Assembly: GCA_032718475.1 (NCBI GenBank)
Contig: JAUCBJ010004040.1
Location: forward strand, 1 to 43,274
Length of the DNA stretch: 43,274 nucleotides
Direction: 5' to 3'
DNA from: Nemertoderma westbladi
Lineage: Eukaryota; Animalia; Xenacoelomorpha
Below the pieces are notes generated by a model. It worked only from the letters and a program-made list of their open reading frames with translations, ran no database searches and was not told where the DNA came from. Below, in pieces: positions 11,443-22,730 of the stretch; position 1 is the stretch's first letter, and each line of letters opens with the position of its first letter. The position numbers and the translations under genes were made by a program.

Positions 11443-12700
11443 AGGATGTGGGGCGAGCCACGAAGTTGGCGGAGCCTTAGCGAATTGACACTGTTAGGGG
11501 GTGGGTCAATTTATGCAAATAGTTGTCGTCGTCGTCGTTGTCGTCGTCGTCGTCGTCGTTGTCGTCGTCGTCGTCGTTACGATTTTGACATGCTAATAAC
11601 TTTGTCGGATTTAAAGCTGCCAAGTTGAAAATTTGTAGGTATCAATATGAGCAAAAGTTGAGATTTTTGAGAGACTTTCAGACAGCATCAGTGCAATGGT
11701 CTCTCGCTAGAGGGCCACATGTCTAAACATTAAATGGCCACCCATTTCTTTGCTTTTAATCCGTTTAAGCTGTATGTACTAGACCATTAGCTGTAAATTT
11801 CAAAGGAGGCTAATCTGTCTGCAGTTCTCCAGTCTGCCGCTAGAGGGCGAAATGTCCCGAATGTGAAATTATTCTTCCATTTAGTTGTTTATGATCTGAT
11901 TACGCTGAAACTTGTCATATATGTACTAGATGACATCCTGAGTCTTTGTGTGGATTGTAATCGGTCCGAAGTTTTCCAGTCTGCCGGTAGAGGGCCACAT
12001 GTCTAAACATTAAATGGCCACCCATTTCTTTGCTTTTAATCCGTTTAAGCTGAAACTTGGGAAGTATGTACTAGACCATTAGCTGTAAATTTCAAAGGAG
12101 GCTAATCTGTCTGCAGTTCTCCAGTCTGCCGCTAGAGGGCGAAATGTCCCGAATGTGAAATTATTCTTCCATTTAGTTGTTTATGATCTGATTACGCTGA
12201 AACTTGTCATATATGTACTAGAAGACATCCTGAGTCTTTGTGTGGACAGTAATCGGTCCGGAGTTTTCGAGTCTGCCGCTAGAGGGCGAAATGTAGGAAA
12301 GTGATAACCTTCGCGAATTCCTTGATCTTAATCTATTTAAGCTGAATTTTGGAATATACAGTACCGGTATGTACTAGACCACATGCCTCGTCTTTGTGAG
12401 GAAGGTGATCGATCCGTAGTTCTTTAATATGCCGCTAGAGGGCTAAATGTATGAAAGTGAAAACCTTCCAACATTTCGTTATTTATGATCCGTCAATCGG
12501 AAACTTGGTACTGTAGATATGTAATAGACCATAGGCTGTGGCTTTGTAGGGAAACTAATCCTTCCTTCTTCAGTTACCCAGTCTCCCGCTAGAGGGTTAA
12601 CGTTTTCCGGGAAAATCTTCTCCTATGTTTTTATAATCCTTTCGAGTTGATACTTAGCATTAACTCATTTCACGTGCTGCGCGAAGGCCCCACTTCGTGT
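11443..12700 (+). mobile_element. Helentron-associated (HINE/DINE-like) non-autonomous element with microsatellite and ~150-bp internal tandem repeats
   Basis: Subterminal inverted motifs GTGGGGC/GCCCCAC and CACGAAGT/ACTTCGTG, (GTC)n microsatellite ~11523-11578, and seven ~130-155 bp internal units arranged as a ~290-bp dimer repeat. The family assignment is inferred from architecture. Confidence 0.65.
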
Positions 12701-13184
12701 AGTATTATGTAGGCTACTCGCACTCACTCCACTGGCAATAATTTGGGAATACACTGATTTGCTGACGATTACCAATTTTGCTCATGTATAAGGATAATTT
12801 CAGCTCACTTACGTTGGTATTATGAAATAGCATAAAATATCACACAAACCACTTGAATTTGATCTGAATTAGTTACTCGAACTTCTATTCTGCTTATCTC
12901 TTAAAAATAAAGAAAGTTAGTTGAGATTATCGATTATGTATACGTGTTCTCCAAATATAAACATTGAGCAATAACATCACCAAATAAACAATGAACAACA
13001 GTTCAAAGCAGCAAAATGCCGGCGGTGACGGCAATAATGCCGCAGTGCATTTAATCAACAGTCCTCAGTTGGTTGATATGTGTATAATTGAGTTCTTATA
13101 GCCGAGTGGTCGGTGAGTATAGTGAAATGAGTTAATTAGGTAACTTGTATAGTGCTCTATAATTTATGCCACTGTTGTTTTTGG

Positions 13185-13254
13185 GCTAGCACATGGCCTA
13201 CTTAAATAGGCCATGTGTTTTTAAGTGTGTCTATTTAAGTAGGCCATGGCTAGC
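13185..13254. repeat. Short palindromic element (mini-MITE)
   Basis: gctagcacatggcctacttaaatag ... ctatttaagtaggccatggctagc inverted arms, plus an internal hairpin acatggcctacttaaataggccatgt. Confidence 0.7.
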
Positions 13255-14152
13255 ACCATCAGACTGCAGGAACTTAGCTATGTCCTGCACTAAAATATCA
13301 ACAAAAAGGTGAGTCATAGAATTCTCCGAATTTAACTCCAATCAGGGGTCAGTAATCCTTGCCAGCTGTCCGTAACCCCATGTATCCAGTTTTCTGTGTA
13401 ATGGAACTCTACGGGGAGGGGAAGGGGGGGGGGGGGGGGGGTAGGAAAGTAAAAATTGCCCTGATTGGTCGTTTGAAATAACAGGGGGCTACCGGACAAT
13501 GAAACCAGGGTTCTGTTCCTGGGCTGTTCAAGGCATTTGTGGCAATTCAGAGTCGTATGCCAAAACCAAACACAGCAGCAAGGCGTAAGTTTATATGTTC
13601 TCAACAACCTTGAGATATTGCTGCGTTTAGAGTAGTTCGCGAATTGCACAAAAAGATATATTTTTGCCGCAAAAGTTTGTTGTTTTGGTTATGAGGTATG
13701 TAACAACAACATCGTTTATTGTTTGGTTAGAAAAGCTTTAGCTACAATCGCGTATGAAAGAGGTGTATCCGGCGATATTTCTCCAGTTACACTCCAGTTA
13801 TTCTTCAATCTCATTGTGATTTGTTGGTTGATAGAAAGCTGGCCATGCAAGGATTCCAAATATGTAACACGTTCTGAATTCTTTGCAAAATTGGCGAGAT
13901 ATGGGCATTCAAAAGCTCCATGGTTTTGTACCTGATAGACCTCGTGATTCTTTACAATATGTCAAGAGTTATTCACTGGCATAGTAAACCGTGTTGGTTG
14001 CCAAGTTTTATTCGTAGGCTATATAAGGAAAGGCTATGTTTACTCCCACATACTACTAGTACTACTACTAGGATTGGCATGCTGCATTGCAGCTGCATTT
14101 TTAAGAATGCTGTGCCGGCTTGTTGACAAAATTGCGCCATCACAACTCCCTA

Positions 14153-16200
14153 TCACCCATGAGGCCATGCATTTGCTAGATCATCCGCATCTTCAAGGCC
14201 AGTGTCCTTTAAGTGTCTCAAGAAAGTCATGGGCTGTCCACCATGCTTATTCTCTCCATGAGGCTGCCAAAGTACAAGATTATGCACTGGTTGGTCCTCA
14301 CGGCGAAAGCAATGTCCTGCAAAGCGGAGGCGACTTTGTTCTAGTGTCAAGCTTGGGGGAACCCATGAGACACCTCCAATGTTATATAGTGCGTGATTGG
14401 AGATGTGTGCATTGTATTTGACACAATGAACCCGGCGTAGCATTCTTGTGAATGTGCCATCCAGAGATTTGGTGCCCTCAGCAGTTAGAGCCCAGCATGG
14501 ACTCCCATAGAGGAGTACTGGAATTACTGCTGCTCTAAAAAATTGGACCTTAAGTTTCCGATTAATTCTCGGTGACTTCCAAATCCTGGAAAGCCTATTC
14601 AAGGCTGCCCATGCCTTTTCCTTACGTATTCGAAGGTCCCTATCTGACTTCCGGATCCATGATCCCAGGTAACAGAAGCAGAGCCGTATTAACGGCGGGA
14701 CTTTTGGGGTTGCAGCTCCGGGCCCCGTGAAGGTTTGGGGCCCCCCAGAAAAGGAGAAAAAGTAATGGTCCCTCCCCCCTTACATTAAAAAAAATATTTT
14801 TGGAACCACGTTAAAACTAACACGTACAAGCTACATGTACAAGGAATATTGTACCCAGATGAACAAATGCGAAATTCACATTCCAAAATCTACTACTGAA
14901 AATATACCATACCATACATACCTCTCCAACTTCTCACTGTAAACATTGCCAAAGGGCAAGAAAGGCGGGGGGGGGTGGTCATAATGCAAAGAACACTTCG
15001 TAACAGTAATAAAGGAAGGGAGCAACACTGAGCTTTATACAGACAGTATTACCTATACATATATTACCTAAATATTATGAAATCGAGAAAACTGGCGGAA
15101 ATTTATTGAATCTTATGAAATTATTACCTTTCATATAAATAAAAAATTGCAAAAAACGGTTAAGAAATGGAGGAGGAGTGATATTTCTCGCGCGAAAAAA
15201 TGTCATTCAGAGATAATTGCCTGAAGTTCAAAGCTTCCTGCGCAAAATTGTCTGTATGGGGTCCTGTTGGATAATAGAGTCTGACAGGAAGGAAGCACAC
15301 CACTGAGCAAAAATTATATTCACATATTTTCGGGGTCGCTGATTTCATTTCCGGAGGCAGTTTTAATATTTGATGGAATTTAGTCTGTCCGTCGGTCGGT
15401 TGTCTGTCTGTCTTACATTTTGACATTCAGATTGCCAGACAGATATTCCACGATAATTCGAGAACTAAAAGATATCTCTCTAAGCAGTTTTTAGATTTGA
15501 AATCCCATCAAATTCTGCTCTAGATACAATAAATCCCATATAATGAAAGTATGCTGAACATACGTGAGCGAGAAACTGAATCAAAGGCCTTAAGAAGTCA
15601 ACAAAGATAACAGCCAGGTGCCTGTCTATCTTTTTTGATAACTCTTCAATTATCCTTCTAAGTGCCAAAATGGGCTCCATGGTCCCACGACCTTTACGAA
15701 ACCCATCCTGATTTCCCTGGAGCAGTCTCTCAATGGGATCCCTGATGCGATTAAATAGAATTCTATTGTATAGCTTTGCAGCAATCGAGATCAATGAGAT
15801 TCCCCGAAAATAACCATAGAGTGTTAGGTTGCCCTTCTTGGGAACTGGCACAAACTTATTTGTTTTCATTTCTTGAGGGACTCTTGTTGTTCGGTACATG
15901 TCTACTATGATGGGATAGATGAGCTTTAAACACTCAGGTATTTTGAAGACCTCTGGGGGAACACCATCTACTCCACTGGCACGATTGGTCTTAATGCTCT
16001 TTGCAGCAGCGTTCACTTCTACAAAGGAGATATCGCCAATGGGAATATCTGGGAGTACAGACTCAGACACTTTTACTTCTATAAAGTTATCAGGCAATAC
16101 CCCGTCATTATTGAGGAGCTTTTCAAAGTGGGCCTTCCAACCATTGAGGCGATCGGTGGTGATTCAGCTTTAACCTTGGTGGTTGCTTGGCTTTTCCGCC
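14153..16200 (-). pseudogene. Decayed RTE-clade non-LTR retrotransposon (LINE) reverse transcriptase
   Basis: RASGVDGVPPE, PVPKKGNL..YFRGISLISIAAKLYNRIL, QDGFRKGRGT, IFVDF then a frameshift to KAFDSVSR; C-terminal FCYLGS...LSRIWKS...VIPVLLYGSPCWALT...RLRFAGHCFR. The central RT part is missing, with unrelated DNA at ~14679-15530. Confidence 0.92.
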
Positions 16201-17339
16201 CAGTAAGCAAGTTGATCGATTTCTATGCCTGGGATGATCGCATATAATTTAAACATCAATGCCAAAATCTGACATGAATCATCAATTACTCACAAGAGGT
16301 TATATCCATACTCAAAGTCACTCAGTCATTATTTAAAATACTTAAAACGGTCAATCGCTATCATACTAGTACTAATATCAGTTTAAGGAATTTGTTTGTA
16401 TGAAATTAAGTGATAGGCCATGCAGACACAATTTATTGTTGAATAACTATCACTTTAGGTAGTTAATTATTTTATAATTAATCTCCAATGGTTGATATAC
16501 AGTACTTAAAATCAATTATTTGAGTTTTATTTAAATTAATTATATTACTTCGTCTATATTGATATTCTACTATTTTCAAATACTGTATAATACAATGTAT
16601 ATTGTGATCCTCGCAACCTCTCCTTACATATCAAACTTAATTTTAATAATACGTTCTGAAATTGATTAGTTCTGAATTACTGTAGTTCCCCGTCGTAGGC
16701 CTACCATTCGAATTTGAGTTACGAACATTGTCAAATTTATGTTGAGAAATTGAGAAACCATGAAAACGAAGTGATTTACAATAACCTTGACACGTTGTGG
16801 AGCCTTCGCGCAGTATTAATTTCCATTACATATACGAAAACTGTCAATCCCAAAATATCAATGAGTGATGCTTTCAGTTTGCGTTAAACGGGTTGTAAAA
16901 AAACAGAGGACCATTTCAGTTTGCCTTTACACGCATTAACTGTCAATAATTGTAAACATGGTAGCTAGGGCTATTTAAGTTAAGTATGACATTTTTAGTT
17001 TTACAATATTAATCTCCATCATTATCCTCGTTGCGCTCGTCCTCTTTTGAATCAAAAATATTTTCTTAAACACAGACTGACGACCTTTATTACTATGCAA
17101 AATCTCGAAAATGAGCGAGTAATTGCTGACTTATGACAGATGGATACTCGTATCCACTCCAAAATTTGTTGCGTACGTACTGTACAACCTGGTCACCAAA
17201 TAACAAATATAAAACATTCTACCACTGGTACTGATCAAATTGACTAGATCGTGCAATATGCTACCAGCTTGTTTACGAGTATGAGTATAGTCATAACACT
17301 AACTCGTCTCCTTCATTAGCCTCGTTGCGCTAGTCCTGA

Positions 17340-17530
17340 AGTCCCATGCAAATTCTATTTGGAGAATTAATAAAGTTTAAGTACTAAGTTTGGATAGATT
17401 TAATGGAGGATTAGCTGAGTTATTAACGTTTAAAAACACGAATTTACAGAACAACAGATCTAAAGACACACCGATTGAGATAGTGGTACGCTGTATGCTA
17501 AACTCGCTTACTTTCGTGGCTCACCCCACA
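17340..17530 (-). repeat. Dispersed non-autonomous element copy (same family as 5038-5256)
   Basis: Direct similarity to 5038-5256; lies ~190 bp upstream of the MFS start codon. Confidence 0.7.
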
Positions 17531-17717
17531 TGCATCTCACCGTACCAATCGTTTAAAACATCACTGGTGAATAATTTTTCGATAACATTTCGTGATTCAT
17601 CCATAGCTCGGAAAAACTCACCAATTTTGAACTACAACCTGGACGTAAATGACACTTAAATCACATAGATGACATACTGTATCACTTAATTAATTAATTT
17701 ATTTATAAGAAAATATA

Positions 17718-18450
17718 ATGGGGACGTCTGATAAAGAAATTTCTCCTGACAAAAGTCTAACAGATAATCTACCGAGACATGGATGGAGGATCAAGGTATT
17801 GGTGACATTTTTGATGATATTTCAACTAATACCGGGTTGGTGCGTCAACCTACTGGAATCATTTTTCCCTATCGTTGTTGAAAAGCGTGGCTGGTCTAAG
17901 ACTCTAATCGGTTCCTTACTCGCCACCTACTCCGCGGTACAAATAATCATTTACATCGTTTTCCCCCATTCTATCAGTAATTGGGGTACTCGGAAATCGT
18001 TAGGGATATGCGGTATCATTGGAACGATCGCCCAGTTGCTTTTTGGGTTTGTGGAATATATTCCTAACAACGGAGGACACATATTCGCGTGTTTTTTCTT
18101 GCGAATCGTCGAAGGAATTGGACTCAACATCAGCTACACTTACTCCTACAATTTGTTAATGGAATTGATGCCAAACCACAGAAGTTTCTTGGCTAGCCTA
18201 TGTCTTGTGCTTGGCACTATTGGGTATACAATTTCGCCAGTTTTCGGATCCGTCGTTTTTTCTTCATTGGGCTTTGAGTTTCCATTTATTATATCGAGTC
18301 TGATGTTTCTCATTGTGGTCCTTTACTGCTGGTTTGATGGGCCGTCATACCTTCACGACCGACCCGAATGTAATGAGGAACGACCAACGTATCTGGCACT
18401 GCTTAAGAACCCGGGAATTGCAGACATCTATATTTTACATGCATATGAGG
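17718..18450 (+). CDS. MFS transporter (SLC18B1-like), N-terminal half
   Basis: Six hydrophobic helices; ESFFPIVVEKRGWSKTLIG, FFLRIVEGIG, LGTIGYTISPVFGSVVFSSLGFEFPFII, LLKNP; candidate phase-1 donor G|GTGAAG at 18450/18451. Confidence 0.85.
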
Positions 18451-19609
18451 GTGAAGTGGAATTTAACAACATTTTACGTAATTTAGTTTATTAATTAATC
18501 ACAGGTCCTTTTTTTAAATTGCTTTTTTTAATTGATTTAAATTTTTTAATAATGCCCCACGCATTATTGGAACAGAACGTGCATAATCAATCCAATCCAA
18601 ATGGTATAAATAGTATATTATCAGCGATTACTAAAAGAAGGCCAAATAATTAGAGTTGAGGACAGTGGCTGCATTTTTGCTATTGACAGATGGGAGGACA
18701 TGAGGACGTAAATTGCTGACATACAGGGTATCAGGTAGTTTCTGTATCTCAAGGTCTACCTTTTATCCGAGCCGCTATCGGTATGGTCATGCGCTAGACT
18801 TCCAACATGGGAGACTCGAGTTCGATCCCACCTGGACGTCATTGCCGAATTTGCTAAGCTGTACCCAACAAAAGTTATTCCTAAAAGTGTTACTGTGCCT
18901 TTTCTCAAAATTGCAATTTTTTGTGGGGTAAGTGGTCAAATTAGGCCGCGTTCACACTACCGAGTCAAAGTCAAAGTACCAATATTTTACCAATATTGAG
19001 TAGGAATAGGCCTATTTGTACCAATATGGTGTACCGATATCGTGTACAAATATTTTCTAACCAAAACAATAAACGGTCACTTTACAAATTGAGGGAACTA
19101 AGAAGGTTAGAGAGGCAGGCTTTTCTAACGAAAACAATAAACGGTCACTTTACCAATTGAGGGTCACTCTATAACCAAAAAAATCAGGCAGTCAAGCAAT
19201 AGGTACCGCTCTGCCGGTACGCAGCTGTAGAATGACAACTAGAAAGGTTGAAACAACGGTCCCCAAAGTAACAAGACTCCTGCTGTCCTAAGCTGCTCTA
19301 CATTCCGTACCTCAGTAGACCTTCCTACTGTATCTATTATCCTTACAACTACAGAAGCCTAACCAGTTCGCAGATTGGAAGAGCGCTACCGGTATCGTAC
19401 TAGTTTCCAGTCTTTGTTTTTTTTTTTTGGGGGGGGGGGGGGGGATTTTCCTAAGGGGGGAATAATTTCCTAGTAAAAATTGCCCGGGAGGCATATTCTA
19501 GGGGGAGCTGATTTCCCTGTGACACCGGTACGAGAGTAATGTAATGGCTTTTCAGTTTAGATTTGACCTGCTTTTATTTTCAAAATGTGTTACTTTTCAC
19601 TCCACCCTG
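18447..19609. mobile_element. Degenerate TIR-bounded insertion inside the MFS gene
   Basis: Left end AGGGTGAAGTGGAATTTAACAACATTTT matches the reverse complement of the right end AGGGTGGAGTGAAAAGTAACACATTTT. TGCATAT occurs on both flanks (18440-18446, 19615-19621). Confidence 0.7.
18769..18840 (+). repeat. tRNA-derived SINE head / tRNA pseudogene
   Basis: A-box-like tatcggtatgg, loop cttccaa and B-box gagttcgatcc; acceptor stem does not pair well. Confidence 0.4.
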
Positions 19610-19625
19610 CCTATTGCATATTAAG

Positions 19626-20182
19626 CGCTGGTGGTGTACTTTGTAATGGCAAATTATGCCGCCTATCTTCACAGCTACTATAACGTAACCCAGTATTACA
19701 TCGGAGTTGCGTTTATGATATACCCAATAACTGGAGGCTCTACCGGTTTTATATTGACGCTTTTCATGAATAAAATCAAGACAATTTATTCCACTTTAAT
19801 TGGCGTAATAATTATCATAGTGGCAATGCAACTAGTAGGGCCGACTGAGGTACTGGGTATCCCATCTTCACTAGCGACTTCCCTGAGTGCTATGGTCATC
19901 CTTGGGATAGGAGCAGCCTTAGTCCAAAACACGGGATTTGAAACGCAAGCTAGACTTGCGGTGAGTGTCAGCCATAGTCCCGACAACATAGATACCAGGG
20001 CAGTTCTCCAGCAAGCTCTAAGAATTTCGTTATCTCTTGGAAACATATTTGGCGCGGTTATCGGTGGAATTCTTAACGACTACTTCGGGTTCCAAAATGC
20101 AGCATCGATGCTCAGTCTGATCGGTTTGCCTTTTTTCTTCTTTCTTGTGGGATTATTTAATCGTGGTGATGTATACCAGTAA
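19626..20182 (+). CDS. MFS transporter (SLC18B1-like), C-terminal half
   Basis: YNVTQYYIGVAF, LVGP..LGIPSSL, MVILGIGAAL, SLGNIFGAVIGGILNDYFGFQNA; candidate acceptor TTAAG|CG at 19625/19626 in phase with the N-half; stop TAA at 20180-20182. Confidence 0.85.
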
Positions 20183-22730
20183 TAAATTATGTACTTAAGT
20201 TAGTATTCTGGTGGTGGAAGAGTCACTTGTTTTAATTGTTGTGGTTTGAATTTATGTGCATTTTTAATTGTGTGCAATGGTCCACAATTATTTATATTAT
20301 TATTATAATACACCATGACCCGTAATATAGTGTCATTTTCTGATGACACGGAGCCCCCCCCCCCCCCCCCCAACCTTTTCTACAAATCTTTATCACATTG
20401 CTTGAAATTTGAAACACAACTACTGTAGTTCAACTCACCGTTGATGTCCACGAAGTCGGAATTTTCGATTTTGCCTGTACATTTTGTACATTTTTTTATA
20501 AGCGTTTTAAAAAAGTGTCTTTTGCGAAATTGCACATCTCCTATCGTCGCCATTCTTCACATTGGCCTCAGTTTGTAATAAATTGTAGATATCATTTGAA
20601 AGAGAGTTACAAGAATTCCTAATATGTAACAATGTTTGAGTTTCGTTTAGAAACAGCGGAGATACAGTAGGCGTTTAAAGATTGCAATAATTATTGTTCT
20701 CTGCAGGCCATTTATTATATTTAATCTCGTAAAAACCCAGTTATCTCAAGATCTTTTTATATTTCTCGAACAATTCTGACTGAAATCAGTTGAAAGTTGG
20801 AACAGAGAGGATCTAAGGCTGTTATTAATTTTTGCTAAAAATGCTTTGAAGCCATTTTAGAGAGAAAAGACCCCCAAAAGGCACTTTTTAGGCCTTCTGG
20901 TGCATAAAATGGCCCCCCAGCTCTATTTCAGCAAAAATATATCAATGGCACTGGATGTAAAACAATGATTTTAAATAATTCATCAAAAATTGAACTCAAT
21001 AGAATAAAAAAATATTTAAGGTGCAGTAATTTGAGGACCTTGTTTGGGGCAAAAAATAATTTTGATAAAATAAAAATAAATGGCAAAATAAGTACCCCTA
21101 CTGAAAGATAAATAAAATATCAAAACATAAAGCAAAATTTAGGAAATAGCGCGAAGCATTAAAATACCGCAGTGGTGGGAGACTCGTCTACAAGTTGCAC
21201 ATTAAACTACATTTTAAATTACATCCAAAAGATTTTAAACATTTTGTAGAGCTTGAAAAATTTGATAGAGTCGGCTGGTTCTATGTAAAGTATAAGTCGT
21301 TGTAGATTTTGAATAGAACGCATTCTGAACAAGAACTGGATTTTAGACTTTGTATATAAAGTTTGGGCGATCTTGGGCAATGTTGCTGTGAGATTTTCCA
21401 AAGTCTACCTTTTCCGCGGTCTACAACAAGCTCGTCCAAAGTGGACTGATTTTGGGCTCGACGTGGAACAAACAGTCGATTTTTATCAAATGTGATTTAT
21501 TTTATGGTTGAGAACCTTGGAAGTATATAAAATAGTGGTGGCGCAATATAAACACGTAAACGTTACCAATTTTATAGCCACGATCTACATTTTTATTTTA
21601 TTTTCGGTGTTGGTGTTACTTATAATACTAGGAGATGATATGGTCACATAATTAGTTATATAGAAAGCACATAAATTATCTTCATAATGGGCTTGTAATT
21701 GAACCACTAGACCTTATCTACAATGAACTTTCAAAGTTTGATAATATTTTTTGGAAAACCCATATTTTAAGGTGACAATGTTTCAGGTGGCGAAATAATT
21801 ATGTATATGTTAGTGTTTAAAATACGAATTTTATTATCCATTCCCCTGGATTCATATTGGCCAATATGGGTCCAAGTGTATCTCTCAGAAAATTGTCTTC
21901 CACGAGATAATATTTTTACATTGGCCCTATGGGACAGCGGCTCGCATCAAAGCGAAAGAAATTATCTTTCAATTTAATTCCCAAAATTATTAATATTATA
22001 TTATATTATAGTAATTCAAACTGTACACATTCACACTGTGTATATTATTCGAAGCAATGTGTAGTTGAAAAGGCCGAAAGAAAACAGACCGACCGCATAG
22101 TGGGACCGCGAAGTAAATAATAATACTTCAAATTCCATTCAAAATTCGGTGCATCATCTTCACATTGTGAAAATCCCCAAACATATAAAACGTACTAAAA
22201 ACGTATACATTTAAAGTTGCGCCCAAGATCCACACTAGATTTACTATAAATAGCAAAACTACAAATTAAAAATACGATAAATAGTTATTGTCAATTGTTA
22301 CAAATGAAGTATGTTGTGGGGTTTATCAAGAGCTACAAAACAAACCCATAATTGTCGAATTTCGTTTACGCAATCAAAATATATGAACATTTTAAAGTTT
22401 TAACTTTTAACTTTTGCCGGTTCAAAGTCACAGTGACCATGTATGTATATTATTTATGTATATTTATTATATTGTATATTAAATTTAAAAATTTGGAATG
22501 TTTGAAAAAATATGCGAAAAAGTCATGTTCCTAAATCTAGACAAAATATTTTCGATTATTATCACCTTCTGTATCCACCTTCTGTAAAGCACCCAATTAA
22601 TAGTATCCATATTCTACCGGTATGTATGTATCATGTCGTATACAAAACACCTCTAGCAGTTAAAAATAATGTTAAGATATCTAATCATAAATTTGTCTGG
22701 CTGCATCGTACTTAATCTCATTGTATCTGA

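Noticed and set aside
11446-11628. Poly-Arg/Cys protamine-like ORF
   Set aside because: Translation of a (GTC)n microsatellite inside a mobile element.
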